From an uncultured Thermoprotei archaeon (lineage in GTDB: Archaea; Thermoproteota; Thermoprotei; Thermofilales; B15-G2), in contig CBDUKN010000013.1 of NCBI GenBank assembly GCA_965367815.1, forward strand, positions 1-64,000: a stretch of DNA of 64,000 bases, read 5' to 3'. The notes beneath the pieces are model-generated. The model was not told the DNA's origin, did no database searches, and saw nothing but the letters and a program-made list of their open reading frames with translations. The position numbers and the translations under genes were made by a program. Shown piece by piece: positions 1 through 10,747 of the stretch; positions within the stretch are counted from its first letter, which is position 1; every line of letters starts with the position of its first letter.

Positions 1-217
1 GGTGAATATAGTATTGATGAGAAATAAAATAAAAATTGAGAATAAAAATGAAAATATAACAATTATTATTAAAATAATAGTAAATGATTATTTTTTAGGC
101 GCTTTATTAAATGATAAAAATATAAAAATTAAGTATATAGCGGTACTTCGCAAAGATTACTGTCTGCGCCCCCTCTCTGAAAGATATTAATGGCATGGAA
201 CAATACTACGGGGAAAT

Positions 218-472
218 ATGGTAAAGATACTCAAGAGAATATTTAATAAAAGGGGAGCTCAGTTACTCGAAGAAGGCTTACTCCTAGCTCTAGCAGTGAT
301 GGCTTTAGCAGTCTTAATAGCTATAGCGAGTGGGATTTTCACAAACCTAAAAGACTTACTCATTGGTCAGGATAAATCTCTTGAGAAATTCCTAGTCGAA
401 GTGCTAAGGGATGACCTAGATACTCTCTGGAATAATATCTTAGGAGGGATTAGTAAATGCAAAGGATGTTAA
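218..472 (+). CDS. Small pilin-like protein with class III (prepilin) signal peptide, Flp-like
   Basis: Basic leader ending KRG, then AQLLE (Glu at +5) and a ~20-aa hydrophobic stretch; 84 aa. Confidence 0.7.
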   Translation: MVKILKRIFNKRGAQLLEEGLLLALAVMALAVLIAIASGIFTNLKDLLIGQDKSLEKFLVEVLRDDLDTLWNNILGGISKCKGC

Positions 473-909
473 TTTTCTCTAGTTATTTTTAAATTTTTTA
501 TTCTACGCTTTAATCTTTGAGCAATTTTTTTATCTATATAATAACATATTACTTCTGGTGTAACTCTACCTATTCCACTCTTCTGTCTAATAAGTATATG
601 GAAGCCACTACTATTTTTTCTGGCAATTATCTTTATAATATAATCATCTGGTTTAGCTTGCCGTTTATAGCCATAATTATCTGTAAAATAGTAAATTACT
701 TTAAAGTTTAGTAATGCTTCTTCATTTGTTTTTTCGATTAGATTTACCTTAAAAATTCTCTCACCTATGTATATTTGTTTATGTCCAGTGACATCAAGTT
801 GAATGCTATCGGAATAATTATTTAGCTCTAAAATACAATTGACAATCAGTTCAACTATTTTATCAATAAATGGTGTGATTCTATATCTTCTTTCTAAATC
901 CCATCGCAT
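469..909 (-). CDS. Hypothetical protein
   Basis: 146-aa ORF filling the space between neighbours; no motif recognised. Confidence 0.55.
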   Translation of the reverse strand: MRWDLERRYRITPFIDKIVELIVNCILELNNYSDSIQLDVTGHKQIYIGERIFKVNLIEKTNEEALLNFKVIYYFTDNYGYKRQAKPDDYIIKIIARKNSSGFHILIRQKSGIGRVTPEVICYYIDKKIAQRLKRRIKNLKITREN

Positions 910-1029
910 GCTACACTATTTACCTAACTAGTGTTGGAACAGATATTTTTTCTGCCAGCCTTTTATTTATTTACATGAGATCTAGTGTATATTAGATAAG
1001 CTAAAATAAGAGGTAATATACCTAAAGAT

Positions 1030-2625
1030 GTGCAGAAAAAAGGTCTTGCGTTAGCTCTTATCTTAATCATAGTAATTGTTCCCTTAACTACACAGCAGAA
1101 AACTGTTCTGAGCGAGATGGGTACCATTATTTACGATTTCTTTGTAAACGATCAAGGAGATGCTCAAATTAAAATAGAAATAGATATTCCTCTTCAGTCA
1201 GGGGCTACGTGGTTATATCTGCCTAACAATATAACCTGGAAAATGAGCATAAAGCAGGGAATTATTACCGATAGTAAAGAAGTAACGACAAACTATGTTT
1301 TTTACAACAATTATTCTTTTCACTTTAAGGGACCACTTAGAATCGAAATAAGTTACTATTTCACTTATGCTTCACTTATAGGTCAAAAAACAGCGTTTTT
1401 TATGTCGCCATTAGTATATTTCGATGAAAAAATGAGAGGATTAATAAGAGTATATTTGCCAGCTTACATAAGTGTTATTGAAACTTATCCCAAAATATCT
1501 TCAAGAAAGGTAGAGGGTAAATACCTCGTACTCAATTATATTCCGCAAGTAACGCCCCTAAGAATAATGATTCACTATGCGATAAATGAGACTCAGTTAA
1601 CTGAAGTAAATAGCGAAATTAAATACTCAGGTAAAATAATTAAAGTAAATATTATAACTCATCCACGCTATATCAGTATAGCAAATAGAATAATAAAAAC
1701 ATACCAGAAAGCATATCCGATACTGAGAGAAATTTTCCATGTAGACTTAGACAATATTACAGTTAGATTCAAGGCACCTTCACTAGAGGAAGTAAGTATA
1801 ATGGGATATGTGCCATTAAAGGCTAAAAAACTAGGAGACATTTATTTGAATATTCTCTGGATAAGAACTAAAAAGGGTTTCTTTGAGCAAATAGCTCTAC
1901 ACGAATTAGTACACCACTTCCTATGGAGAGCTGGAGTAAATCCCTACTCTCTATTGTGGTTCCATGAAGGGTGCGCCGATTACTTTAGCATACACCTATG
2001 TCTATACTATTTCAATTTAAGTGGAGCAATTTATAGACACGAGGATTTAGTAAAGAATGCGGAAGAGTACTTAAGTACTTCAAAGAAAATAGGTTTCATA
2101 CAGTACTGGTCAGTATTGAAAAGACCGAGCAATATATTCCTTTACTATGCATTATCATACTACATAGTCCTAACACTAGGGAATAATTATGGTAACTTCA
2201 CGTACTACTCTAAAGTATTCAAAGTGATAGTGTCTAAAGGCGAGATAAATACTAATGAAGAACTCGTGGACGCATTATCTGAGGCAGCAGGAGAAGACTT
2301 AACAAACCTATTCCTCGAGTGGGGCTTCCGCATATCAAAAACGAAAGCACGCTATTCAATAATACTGAAAGAGTATAAAGTGAACAGAATATTTGGGTCT
2401 TCAAACTATAATTATGCATCTAAGTTTATTGAATGCTCAAAGAATGCGTTTTACTCAGGAGAACTAATACAGTCCCTATACTTTATGGCATTAGCATTCA
2501 TAGCAGCTTATCCTAACTCAATTATAGTAGCAGCGCTAATAATATTAGTGATATACATTTCAGTAAGAATGACTGAAAACCATGAATATGAACCACAGAA
2601 ACTTGAAGAAACTTCGGGCACTTAA
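1030..2625 (+). CDS. Secreted, membrane-anchored gluzincin metallopeptidase (M1/MA-like)
   Basis: N-terminal signal peptide, HELVH zinc motif with downstream WFHEG, C-terminal hydrophobic anchor. Confidence 0.8.
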   Translation: MQKKGLALALILIIVIVPLTTQQKTVLSEMGTIIYDFFVNDQGDAQIKIEIDIPLQSGATWLYLPNNITWKMSIKQGIITDSKEVTTNYVFYNNYSFHFKGPLRIEISYYFTYASLIGQKTAFFMSPLVYFDEKMRGLIRVYLPAYISVIETYPKISSRKVEGKYLVLNYIPQVTPLRIMIHYAINETQLTEVNSEIKYSGKIIKVNIITHPRYISIANRIIKTYQKAYPILREIFHVDLDNITVRFKAPSLEEVSIMGYVPLKAKKLGDIYLNILWIRTKKGFFEQIALHELVHHFLWRAGVNPYSLLWFHEGCADYFSIHLCLYYFNLSGAIYRHEDLVKNAEEYLSTSKKIGFIQYWSVLKRPSNIFLYYALSYYIVLTLGNNYGNFTYYSKVFKVIVSKGEINTNEELVDALSEAAGEDLTNLFLEWGFRISKTKARYSIILKEYKVNRIFGSSNYNYASKFIECSKNAFYSGELIQSLYFMALAFIAAYPNSIIVAALIILVIYISVRMTENHEYEPQKLEETSGT

Positions 2626-3253
2626 ACTAATAGAACCTTTTCTAAAGTCAGAGAAATGTTTTTTAGTGCTTTCAAATCTAATACCAGATAAATATTTTGT
2701 TATTGATATAGCGTACTACAGAGAGAAATTTAAAATAAATGTTCTAGAAACAGGACCTATAAAACATATAAATAAATTAAACAGTATAGTGCAAAGAATA
2801 ATAGATTATGTAGTATTATTCAAGAGAAGCTATTTAGCTGAAAATGATTTAAATATATCAAATGAAACTAAAAAACCACTTTTCTTCTTTAATAACATTA
2901 TGCCGAAAGTATTTCAATATAGAGATATATTTTTTAAACTTAATGATAGTATAAATTTAACATTCTTTAATGGTCAGTTTTACTTTAATATTGATTCTTC
3001 TCAATACTTATTTGAAACAGTAGATAAAATAAAGAAATTAAATGAATTAAATGTAAGTAAAGTGTACCTAGTATGTTACGAGGAAAATACAAAGAACATA
3101 AAAAGAAAATTGTCAAAAGTATTGAATTTGCAAATTGATACGTCTAGAGATGATTTACTTAAAGCAGTAGATATAGCCATACAGGCTACTGCGATATTAG
3201 AAGGACTTTTTAGTGCCAGCTTTATACTCTATGTGCCTAGAAATTATGAATAG
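2582..3253 (+). CDS. Hypothetical protein
   Basis: 223-aa AT-rich ORF overlapping both neighbours in an operon-like arrangement. Confidence 0.55.
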   Translation: MNMNHRNLKKLRALKLIEPFLKSEKCFLVLSNLIPDKYFVIDIAYYREKFKINVLETGPIKHINKLNSIVQRIIDYVVLFKRSYLAENDLNISNETKKPLFFFNNIMPKVFQYRDIFFKLNDSINLTFFNGQFYFNIDSSQYLFETVDKIKKLNELNVSKVYLVCYEENTKNIKRKLSKVLNLQIDTSRDDLLKAVDIAIQATAILEGLFSASFILYVPRNYE

Positions 3254-3920
3254 TAAAAGAGTTGTAGGTATAGATGAAGCTGGAAGAGGGCCGGTAGTAG
3301 GACCAATGGTGGTAGCAGCCGTAGCCCTGAAAGAGGAAGATCTTAGTCTGCTATTCAAGCTAAACGTCAAAGACTCGAAAAAATTATTACCTAAAACTAG
3401 AGAAAAACTTTTCCATAAAATAATAGAAAATGTAGAAAAAACTATTATAATTATAGTGAACCCACCTACAATCGACTATTATGTAAATAGCAGAGAGTCT
3501 TTAACTGAATTAGAGGCAAATGTTTTTTCTCAAGCAATAAATGAACTTAAGCCCGATATAATATATATTGACGCAGCGTCTATAAATAGCAGAAAATTCC
3601 AAAGAAGAATAGAAAATAAACTTAAACAAACAAATGTGAAAATAATATGTGAGCATAAGGCTGATGAGAAGTATCTTCCTGTGTCAGCTGCATCCATTAT
3701 AGCTAAAGTTATGAGAGATTCTCTCATATCTTCAATTAAGCGGTTTTTAGGTGAGTTAGGTTCTGGGTATCCTTCAGATCCTATAACTAAGAATTTTATA
3801 AAAAACTTAGAAATAGTAGCAAAAAACAAAAATTTCTTTAGAATATCATGGAAAACAATAAAAGAGCCTATATCATCACAAAATATACTAAAATATACTT
3901 CTACATATTATTTACTATAA
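3246..3920 (+). CDS. rnhB: Ribonuclease HII
   Basis: GIDEAGRGPVVGP, DSKKL, SAASIIAKV, GSGYPSDP motifs; in-frame ATG at 3246 preferred over 3213. Confidence 0.95.
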   Translation: MNSKRVVGIDEAGRGPVVGPMVVAAVALKEEDLSLLFKLNVKDSKKLLPKTREKLFHKIIENVEKTIIIIVNPPTIDYYVNSRESLTELEANVFSQAINELKPDIIYIDAASINSRKFQRRIENKLKQTNVKIICEHKADEKYLPVSAASIIAKVMRDSLISSIKRFLGELGSGYPSDPITKNFIKNLEIVAKNKNFFRISWKTIKEPISSQNILKYTSTYYLL

Positions 3921-3984
3921 ACTATGCAACCGATTAACATGTGTATTTTCCTAAACACTTATTACCGTTAATAAAGAAATTAGC

Positions 3985-4431
3985 ATGGAGAAAATGTATA
4001 AAATATCACCACTTAGACATGCGTTAAAGAGATCGTGGAAACGTGTTGAAAAAGCCTATGAAGGAGTTATTTCGTCTTCAGACGAAGACAAGCCCTATGC
4101 TATAATAGATTTTATTGAGTATATCTCAGAGTATGCAGAAATATTGGCAAAACTAATAACAGCTAAAAAAGGAGAGGACCCCGAAGAATATGAAAAATAC
4201 CTTTCTAGTTTACATGATCCAGAGTACAAGAAGATACTTGCCTTAGCTAAAATAAGAAAAGTTCTTTACAGAGGTTATAAAGTAAGTGAAGGAGGAGTGC
4301 TAATAGAAAGAGATAATTCTATTTCAGACTTAGCTCTAAGTATAAAAGAAGACAAGTACATCATAACATCAAGCGAAGTAACTATATTCTATAAAATGCT
4401 ATTAGATATAAAGAATAAAATTTATAAGTAA
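3985..4431 (+). CDS. Hypothetical helical protein (possibly degenerate HEPN/DUF86-like)
   Basis: Helical N-terminus; KIRKVLYRGY loosely resembles the R-x4-H-x-Y motif but lacks His. Confidence 0.45.
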   Translation: MEKMYKISPLRHALKRSWKRVEKAYEGVISSSDEDKPYAIIDFIEYISEYAEILAKLITAKKGEDPEEYEKYLSSLHDPEYKKILALAKIRKVLYRGYKVSEGGVLIERDNSISDLALSIKEDKYIITSSEVTIFYKMLLDIKNKIYK

Positions 4432-4446
4432 ATTTAATTAAAATAT

Positions 4447-5367
4447 ATGAAATATTTACGAAAATACACTTTATCTAGGCCAATTAATTTAAACCTAACA
4501 CTTTATCCTTCATTTAATCTTGTGCTATTAGACAGAATAGATGAGAATAAGTACTTGAAAGTAATAGGCAAAGATTCCGGTAAACTGTTAACGGTTATTT
4601 CGCCGACAGAAATAATAAGTGATATAAGCGAGAAATTAATGCATTATCTCACTGGCGAGTGGTTTTATCCTGAAAAATATATGGCTTACCTAAAAGGAAG
4701 ACTACTGAAAATAGTAAAGGCTATTATAAGTCGTTACTCCGAAGTAAGTTTATCCGTTAACCCCTTCGATAGAGTATATATGTTTATATCAATATTTCTT
4801 TCTAAAACTACTAATTTTCATGTTAATGTCATAAAATGGTGCAAAAGAATATGGAAGGTCTCTGAAGGAGATATTTCAAGAATTTTGAGAATAGATATGA
4901 AAGTTATAGGAAACAGTTTTCAGCTAAAGCAGCTCCCCAGAGCTCTAAGCGACTATCTGAAATACGTTAAGCCTTATGAAGAAGACTTAACTAGGGACTC
5001 GTGGGATATAAGAAAGCAGCTACTAAAGTGCTGGGGATGTGGACCTAAAATAGCTGACGCTTATCTGCTCTTTGTCGCTGTTGACGAAATGTCTGTGCCC
5101 TGCGACAAGCATTTAGTTACAATGGTCAATAGACTCGACTTAGTATCTTATAGCAAACTGCCGCAGAAAAACTACTGTTTAAAAAATACGTGTATAGAAT
5201 GTCCGCTAGCTGAAGAGTGTTTAAGAAGCGTATTTGTAAAAACATTCGGCAGGCTCTCTGGATGGCTTCAGACAATTTTCTATATTCACGATAAGTTGTA
5301 CTGTAAAAAGGGACTCTGTAGAGAATGCTTTTTAGCCGAGTATTGCAAGAAGACTGAAACTAGATAA
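4447..5367 (+). CDS. HhH-GPD superfamily DNA glycosylase with Cys-rich Fe-S motifs
   Basis: LLKCWGCGPKIAD HhH motif, PCDKH catalytic Asp, two Cys clusters. Confidence 0.8.
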   Translation: MKYLRKYTLSRPINLNLTLYPSFNLVLLDRIDENKYLKVIGKDSGKLLTVISPTEIISDISEKLMHYLTGEWFYPEKYMAYLKGRLLKIVKAIISRYSEVSLSVNPFDRVYMFISIFLSKTTNFHVNVIKWCKRIWKVSEGDISRILRIDMKVIGNSFQLKQLPRALSDYLKYVKPYEEDLTRDSWDIRKQLLKCWGCGPKIADAYLLFVAVDEMSVPCDKHLVTMVNRLDLVSYSKLPQKNYCLKNTCIECPLAEECLRSVFVKTFGRLSGWLQTIFYIHDKLYCKKGLCRECFLAEYCKKTETR

Positions 5368-6160
5368 TTTCATCTTTTTGAGTAACTTCGCGTATTTTTC
5401 TCATGACTTTTTCTGGTAAGGCATAATCTTCTACACGTTTTTCTAGAGGATGTAATATTACTAATCCTACTTTGTCCACTATATCTATCTCGTATACTCT
5501 TAAATCATGTGGAGTTTGCCTCATTTTTTCTATAATGATATACCTCCTCAATCTGCCTCCCTTTATTGAGCGCTTAAATCTTATTATTCCATCAGCAATG
5601 TGTTCAGCTCCCCATCCAAAAGCAGAGCCTGTTGTTATAGCGTATTGGCTTGTAGCATATATTGTAAACCTCCATTTATTGAGTATTCTTTTTAAGTCAT
5701 AGCTTATTTGTCTGGCTAAAGACGGAGCTTTAAGCCAGAAAGCACTTAAAGAGTCTATAACAAGTCTCTTACAAGGAGAACCTAACTCTCTTTTAGCCTC
5801 GATAACTTTTCTTATCAACTCTTCTAAAGTAACCTCGCGTAAACTCCATCGATCTTCTTTTTCTTTCATTAAAGCATCTATTATAATTAGTCTACCAGTA
5901 TTTATTGCCTTTTCAAAATTCATGCCAAATTGTGCTGCCTGTCTAATTATGCTCTCTCTACTTTCTTCTGTTGTTACGTAAATGCACTTTTCTAAATTAG
6001 TTAGGCCAGCCCATATGAAGTGCAAACACGCGACAGTTTTTCCGGTACCTGGTTCGCCTGTTAATGTAACGAAGAATCCTTCGGGTATACCTCCGCATAA
6101 CATTTTGTCTAAGTCAAGTATTCCAGTAGATAATCTCTTTACTTTCATCACGACTATCAC
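5360..6160 (-). CDS. Single-domain KaiC-like/RAD55 ATPase
   Basis: Walker A GEPGTGKT, LVIDS Walker B, IEKMRQTPH. Confidence 0.9.
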   Translation of the reverse strand: MIVVMKVKRLSTGILDLDKMLCGGIPEGFFVTLTGEPGTGKTVACLHFIWAGLTNLEKCIYVTTEESRESIIRQAAQFGMNFEKAINTGRLIIIDALMKEKEDRWSLREVTLEELIRKVIEAKRELGSPCKRLVIDSLSAFWLKAPSLARQISYDLKRILNKWRFTIYATSQYAITTGSAFGWGAEHIADGIIRFKRSIKGGRLRRYIIIEKMRQTPHDLRVYEIDIVDKVGLVILHPLEKRVEDYALPEKVMRKIREVTQKDEII

Positions 6161-6235
6161 TAATTTATAGTATGATGTTCCTTAAATAGGAAACTATTAT
6201 AACATTTTTTCGATTAAGCTTTCGGAGGTGGCTAA

Positions 6236-7357
6236 ATGAAGCTCTATGAGTACCAAGCTCGTGAAATTTTTAAAAAATACGGTATACCTGTTCCCCCCGG
6301 AGATATAGCAGAGAATCCTAAAAGGGTAAGAGAAATAGCAGAACAAATAGGTAAACCTGTTGTTATTAAAGCACAAGTGCTCCTGGCAGGGAGAGGAAAA
6401 GCGGGAGGAATTATCGTAGCTGAAACACCCGAAGATGCCGAAAAAAATTCAGAGAAATTAATTGATAGTTCTATTAAAGGATGTTTAGTTAAGAAAGTTC
6501 TAGTTGTAGAGAAAATAAACATATTAAAAGAGTTATACTTAAGTATAACAGTAGATAGAAGCAAAAGAGCCTACTGCTTTATTGCATCGCGGAGAGGAGG
6601 AGTGAACATAGAGGAAATAGCTCGAACAAGTCCAGAAGACTTAATTAAAGTATACATAGACCCTCTTGTAGGTCTACAGGAATACCAAATAAGAAAAATA
6701 CTCAATTTCCTCAATTTAGGAGAACTGAGCAAAGAACTAAAAGGGATAATTAAAGCGATGTACTCTATCTTCCTAGACTATGACTGTGAATTAGTTGAAA
6801 CAAATCCTTTAGCGATATCGGCTGAAAACAAGGTATTAGCTCTTGATACTCGAATGACAATTGATGACAATTCTGCGTACAGGCATAAAGATATAGAAGC
6901 ACCTGAAGAAGAATTTAGTGAATACGAGAGAATTGCGAGAGAAAAAGGCTTTAGCTATGTAGACTTGGACGGAAATATAGGAATTATAGGCAATGGAGCT
7001 GGATTAACAATGGCGACAATGGATTTAGTTTATTTCTATGGAGGAAAACCTGCAAACTTCTTGGACATAGGAGGCGGAGCTAGAGCAGAAAAAGTAAAAG
7101 AAGCAGTGAAACTCCTTTTAGCAAATCCTCGAGTTAAAGCTATTTTAATTAACATACTGGGAGGTATAACTAGGTGCGATGAAGTAGCTAGAGGAATAGT
7201 AGAGGCTTTAAAAGAGTCCGGAAAAGACAAACCAATATTTGTTAGAATGATGGGTACAAAGGAAGAAGAAGGCAAGGAGATTTTAGAGAAAGTTGGAATA
7301 AAAGCTTATGAATCTATGGAAGAAGCAGCTAAGGCAGCTGTAGAGGTGGTGAAATGA
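6236..7357 (+). CDS. sucC: Succinyl-CoA ligase (ADP-forming) beta subunit
   Basis: [37 protein letters not shown]. Confidence 0.95.
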   Translation: MKLYEYQAREIFKKYGIPVPPGDIAENPKRVREIAEQIGKPVVIKAQVLLAGRGKAGGIIVAETPEDAEKNSEKLIDSSIKGCLVKKVLVVEKINILKELYLSITVDRSKRAYCFIASRRGGVNIEEIARTSPEDLIKVYIDPLVGLQEYQIRKILNFLNLGELSKELKGIIKAMYSIFLDYDCELVETNPLAISAENKVLALDTRMTIDDNSAYRHKDIEAPEEEFSEYERIAREKGFSYVDLDGNIGIIGNGAGLTMATMDLVYFYGGKPANFLDIGGGARAEKVKEAVKLLLANPRVKAILINILGGITRCDEVARGIVEALKESGKDKPIFVRMMGTKEEEGKEILEKVGIKAYESMEEAAKAAVEVVK

Positions 7358-8223
7358 TATTAGTAAATAAGAACACTAGAGTCCTTGTTCAAGGAATAAC
7401 TGGAAGAGAAGGCAGTTTCCATACAAAGGCAATGCTGGATTATGGCACTAAGATTTTAGCTGGAGTTACTCCAGGCAAAGGAGGACAAAGCGTTCACGGA
7501 GTACCTGTCTACAATTCAGTAGAAGAGGCACTCACTGAACATCCTGAAATAAATACTTCGACAGTATTCGTGCCCGCGCCGTACGCACCTGATGCAATTT
7601 ACGAAGCTATAGACGCCGGAATAAGGCTTATAGTAGTCATTACCGAACATATCCCACTACATGATGAACTTCGAGTAATTTCTTATGCTAGACTTAAAGG
7701 AGCGTGGATAGTAGGTCCGAACTGTCCTGGAGTAATATCGCCAGGAGAATCAAAAGTCGGAATAATGCCCGGACATATTTTCGAAAAAGGGGTTATAGGA
7801 ATAGTTTCTAGAAGCGGAACTCTGACATATGAAATAGCGCATTTAATAACGAAAGCTGGACTAGGTCAAAGTACATGCATAGGTATAGGAGGAGACCCTA
7901 TAGTAGGCATGGATTTCATTGAAGTTCTTGAGCTTTTCGAGAAAGACAAAGAGACAAAAGCTGTTGTCGTGATAGGCGAAATAGGAGGAACCATGGAAGA
8001 AGAACTCGCCTACTGGATCAAGAAAAGAGGCTACTCTAAACCTGTTGTCGCCTATATAGCTGGCAAGACGGCCCCACCCGGAAAGCGCATGGGACACGCT
8101 GGCGCAATAATTACAATGGGTATGGGAACCGCGTCAAGCAAGATTAAGGCATTCGAGGAAGCAGGAATAGCTGTTGCAAAAACTCCTAGAGAAGTGATAG
8201 ACTTACTCCTAAAGAAAATATAG
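7354..8223 (+). CDS. sucD: Succinyl-CoA ligase alpha subunit
   Basis: [28 protein letters not shown] phospho-His motif. Confidence 0.95.
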   Translation: MILVNKNTRVLVQGITGREGSFHTKAMLDYGTKILAGVTPGKGGQSVHGVPVYNSVEEALTEHPEINTSTVFVPAPYAPDAIYEAIDAGIRLIVVITEHIPLHDELRVISYARLKGAWIVGPNCPGVISPGESKVGIMPGHIFEKGVIGIVSRSGTLTYEIAHLITKAGLGQSTCIGIGGDPIVGMDFIEVLELFEKDKETKAVVVIGEIGGTMEEELAYWIKKRGYSKPVVAYIAGKTAPPGKRMGHAGAIITMGMGTASSKIKAFEEAGIAVAKTPREVIDLLLKKI

Positions 8224-8282
8224 TTTAGCTCGAAACAAATAGCTTAATATACTCGATATAAAAGAAAGACTAGGAGATAACC

Positions 8283-9095
8283 GTGCCGAAGGACTGTAGA
8301 GACTGTATATTTTTTTCAAATGGTCGCTGTCTTAAGCTTAATATAAAGGTAGACAACCCTGCTTCACCACCTTGTCTCGAGAAAGAGAAAGCGGGTGCCA
8401 TTACATTATCTTTAGAAGATCTAGAGAAAATAATTGGAGTAGAAGAAAAGAAGCCTGCCACACTTGAAGAAGTTTTCTCTGAAATACGTGAATATGGAGA
8501 GGAGATCGAAGTAAGTAGAGAAGAAGTGCCTTTTAAAGAAGTTGCGGAAAAGCCTCCTAGAAAAGAGGGGGTAGAGGTTCCGCCAGTAGAAATAGTCAGT
8601 GTTCCGCCGAAGCCAAAAAGAGAGCTTACACTTGAGGAAATAATTAGGAAATATAATAGCGTATTAGAGGATCTTCAAAAGAATTTAAATAGTTTATCGA
8701 TGCTAGAGGAGTTTAAAGACACTATAAGTCCAGAAGTATATGAAGAAAGAAAAAGAGAGCTCGAAGAGGTAATAGATGAACAGCAGAAGAAACTTAAAAG
8801 CCTAGAGAAAATGGCGGTCAGCAAAGGAGCTATTAAATGTCCGCAATGTAATGCATTAAATCTTCCAAGCAGTAAAGTCTGTACACGCTGTGGACGAAAA
8901 CTAGTTAAAAGAAAGAAAGAAGAATATGAACCTAAGCGCAAAGAAAAATTAAAAGCAAAAAGATTCTTCACGTTTTCACTAATAGCTCTAGGAATAATCT
9001 TAATATACATGGGTATTTTAAATGGTGACTGGAGCTACCTTAAAAGCTTGATCCAAATACCCTGCGCCAGCTGCCTTAAAGGGCTCTTACCCTAA
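8283..9095 (+). CDS. Cys-rich/coiled-coil/double zinc-ribbon membrane protein with C-terminal CxxC
   Basis: N-terminal CRDC..C..C, coiled coil, CPQC..CTRC ribbon, TM helix, terminal CASC. Confidence 0.75.
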   Translation: MPKDCRDCIFFSNGRCLKLNIKVDNPASPPCLEKEKAGAITLSLEDLEKIIGVEEKKPATLEEVFSEIREYGEEIEVSREEVPFKEVAEKPPRKEGVEVPPVEIVSVPPKPKRELTLEEIIRKYNSVLEDLQKNLNSLSMLEEFKDTISPEVYEERKRELEEVIDEQQKKLKSLEKMAVSKGAIKCPQCNALNLPSSKVCTRCGRKLVKRKKEEYEPKRKEKLKAKRFFTFSLIALGIILIYMGILNGDWSYLKSLIQIPCASCLKGLLP

Positions 9096-9110
9096 GCACA
9101 GGGAACCCCT

Positions 9111-10007
9111 ATGCCTAAAAGAAAGATAGGAGTAATACGAGCAATATTAGCTGTATTTTTCTTTTTCCTAATGAATTTACGCGTTCTGGAACCTTTAGTA
9201 GAGATAGAAGCCACAGGATTGCCTCTTCCGGTATTAAACTGCTTCTCTATGGGAGTATTTATTATAGTTAATAGACCCTCAAGCACAATTGTATGTGCGA
9301 TGGGGGCACTTCAGAGAAGTATTGCTCAAGGATACATTCCTCTACTGACAATAGGTGTAATAATCCTTATAGGGGCTATTATTGGGAGAGCTTTTTGCGG
9401 ATGGGTTTGTCCCTTTGGTTTAATACAGGAGGCCTTATGGAGAATTGCTGGAAAGAAAAATAAAATTAAGTTTGACCTAAGCTATGTTCAAGACGCGATA
9501 CTTCTCCTAGTCATATTTACTGTAATTTTAAAAGGTTTAGTTACTGTAGCTATTTTATCTATTCAGTTGCCTATTTACGGAAAAATAATAGATGAAACAT
9601 TCTACGAAGGGCCATTCTGTGCTTTTTGTCCATCAGCTACCCTCCTAATAATACTGCCATCAAAAATGCTGGAAGTAGCTCTCACAGGAGAAATCTCGCT
9701 AACTCCATGGGCTATACTAAGATTATCGATCTTAGCTTTCTTCATAGCAGCCTCGTTATTTACACCAAGACCGTTCTGCAGATGGATTTGTCCTCTCGGA
9801 GTACTCATGGGATACTTCAATAAAATATCTTTATTAACGATTAAGCGTGATCCAACTAAATGTATTAAATGTGATAAATGTTTAAGAAATTGTCCAATGA
9901 AAATTAATATTATAGAATATGAAACGATAACTAGTAAAAAATGTATAAAATGTTTAAGTTGCGTAGATGTTTGTCATAAAAAAGCTTTAAGTGTATCTAT
10001 TAAGTAA
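9111..10007 (+). CDS. NapH/MauN-type membrane 4Fe-4S protein
   Basis: GRAFCGWVCP, FCRWICP, two CxxCxxCxxxC ferredoxin motifs, several TM helices. Confidence 0.9.
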   Translation: MPKRKIGVIRAILAVFFFFLMNLRVLEPLVEIEATGLPLPVLNCFSMGVFIIVNRPSSTIVCAMGALQRSIAQGYIPLLTIGVIILIGAIIGRAFCGWVCPFGLIQEALWRIAGKKNKIKFDLSYVQDAILLLVIFTVILKGLVTVAILSIQLPIYGKIIDETFYEGPFCAFCPSATLLIILPSKMLEVALTGEISLTPWAILRLSILAFFIAASLFTPRPFCRWICPLGVLMGYFNKISLLTIKRDPTKCIKCDKCLRNCPMKINIIEYETITSKKCIKCLSCVDVCHKKALSVSIK

Positions 10008-10023
10008 ACTTATAGGGGGCACT

Positions 10024-10695
10024 ATGGGCTACGTAAAGTGGCTTGGACATGCTGCCTTCGAAATACTGCTAGACAACAAAATAATATTAATTGACCCTTG
10101 GCTTTCAACTAATCCTAAAGCTGCATGTAAACCTGAAGACATAAAGAGCGTCAATATAATACTTGTGACACACGACCACGGAGACCACCTAGGAGATGCT
10201 GTAGAAATAGCAAAAAGAACAGGAGCATGCTTTGCGGGGATCTATGAGCTAGTTAATTTCATGAGAGAAAAGGGTGTTGAAAAAACAATAGGAATGAATA
10301 TCGGTGGAGAAGCCGAAGTCGAAGGTATTAAAATAATACTCGTTCCGGCATATCATTCAGCTGAAAGAGGTAGAGAAGTCGGATACATAGTGAGAGGAAA
10401 AGAAGCCAGTGTATATCATGCAGGAGACACAGGGCTATTTTACGACATTAAGCTCTACGCAGAGCTCTACCCAATAGACATAGCATTAGTTCCAATAGGA
10501 GGACTATTCACAATGGATCCTTATCAGGCGGCAAAATTCATATCCTTATTTAAACCTAAAGTAGCTATACCAATGCACTACGGAACTTTCCCGCCAATAG
10601 ATAAAAATCCAGAGGACTTCGCTAAGGCAGTAAAAGAACTCGGCGTAGAAACAAAAGTAGTGATACTTAAACCTGGAGAGAAATATGAATTTTAA
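10024..10695 (+). CDS. Metallo-beta-lactamase fold metal-dependent hydrolase (UPF0173)
   Basis: WLGHA, THDHGDH, YHAGDT, PMHYGTF; ATG at 10024 follows GGGGG RBS. Confidence 0.92.
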   Translation: MGYVKWLGHAAFEILLDNKIILIDPWLSTNPKAACKPEDIKSVNIILVTHDHGDHLGDAVEIAKRTGACFAGIYELVNFMREKGVEKTIGMNIGGEAEVEGIKIILVPAYHSAERGREVGYIVRGKEASVYHAGDTGLFYDIKLYAELYPIDIALVPIGGLFTMDPYQAAKFISLFKPKVAIPMHYGTFPPIDKNPEDFAKAVKELGVETKVVILKPGEKYEF

Positions 10696-10703
10696 GTAGC
10701 AAG

Positions 10704-10727
10704 AATTAGTGTTTTTAATCACTAATT
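10704..10727. terminator. AT-rich inverted repeat between convergent transcripts
   Basis: AATTAGTG-N8-CACTAATT containing a T-run, downstream of both the hydrolase gene and the minus-strand ncRNA. Confidence 0.35.
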
Positions 10728-10747
10728 ATATTCAAGCATTATTTAGA

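Noticed and set aside
155-180. Possible guide plus box D (GTCTGCGCCCCCTCT-CTGA)
   Set aside because: No convincing box C at the right distance
2-190. 62-aa ORF
   Set aside because: Extremely AT-rich low-complexity sequence with no protein-like features; probably intergenic or the opposite strand of a truncated gene
5360-6160. Circadian clock KaiC
   Set aside because: Single-domain KaiC-like ATPases are common in archaea; no kaiA or kaiB nearby
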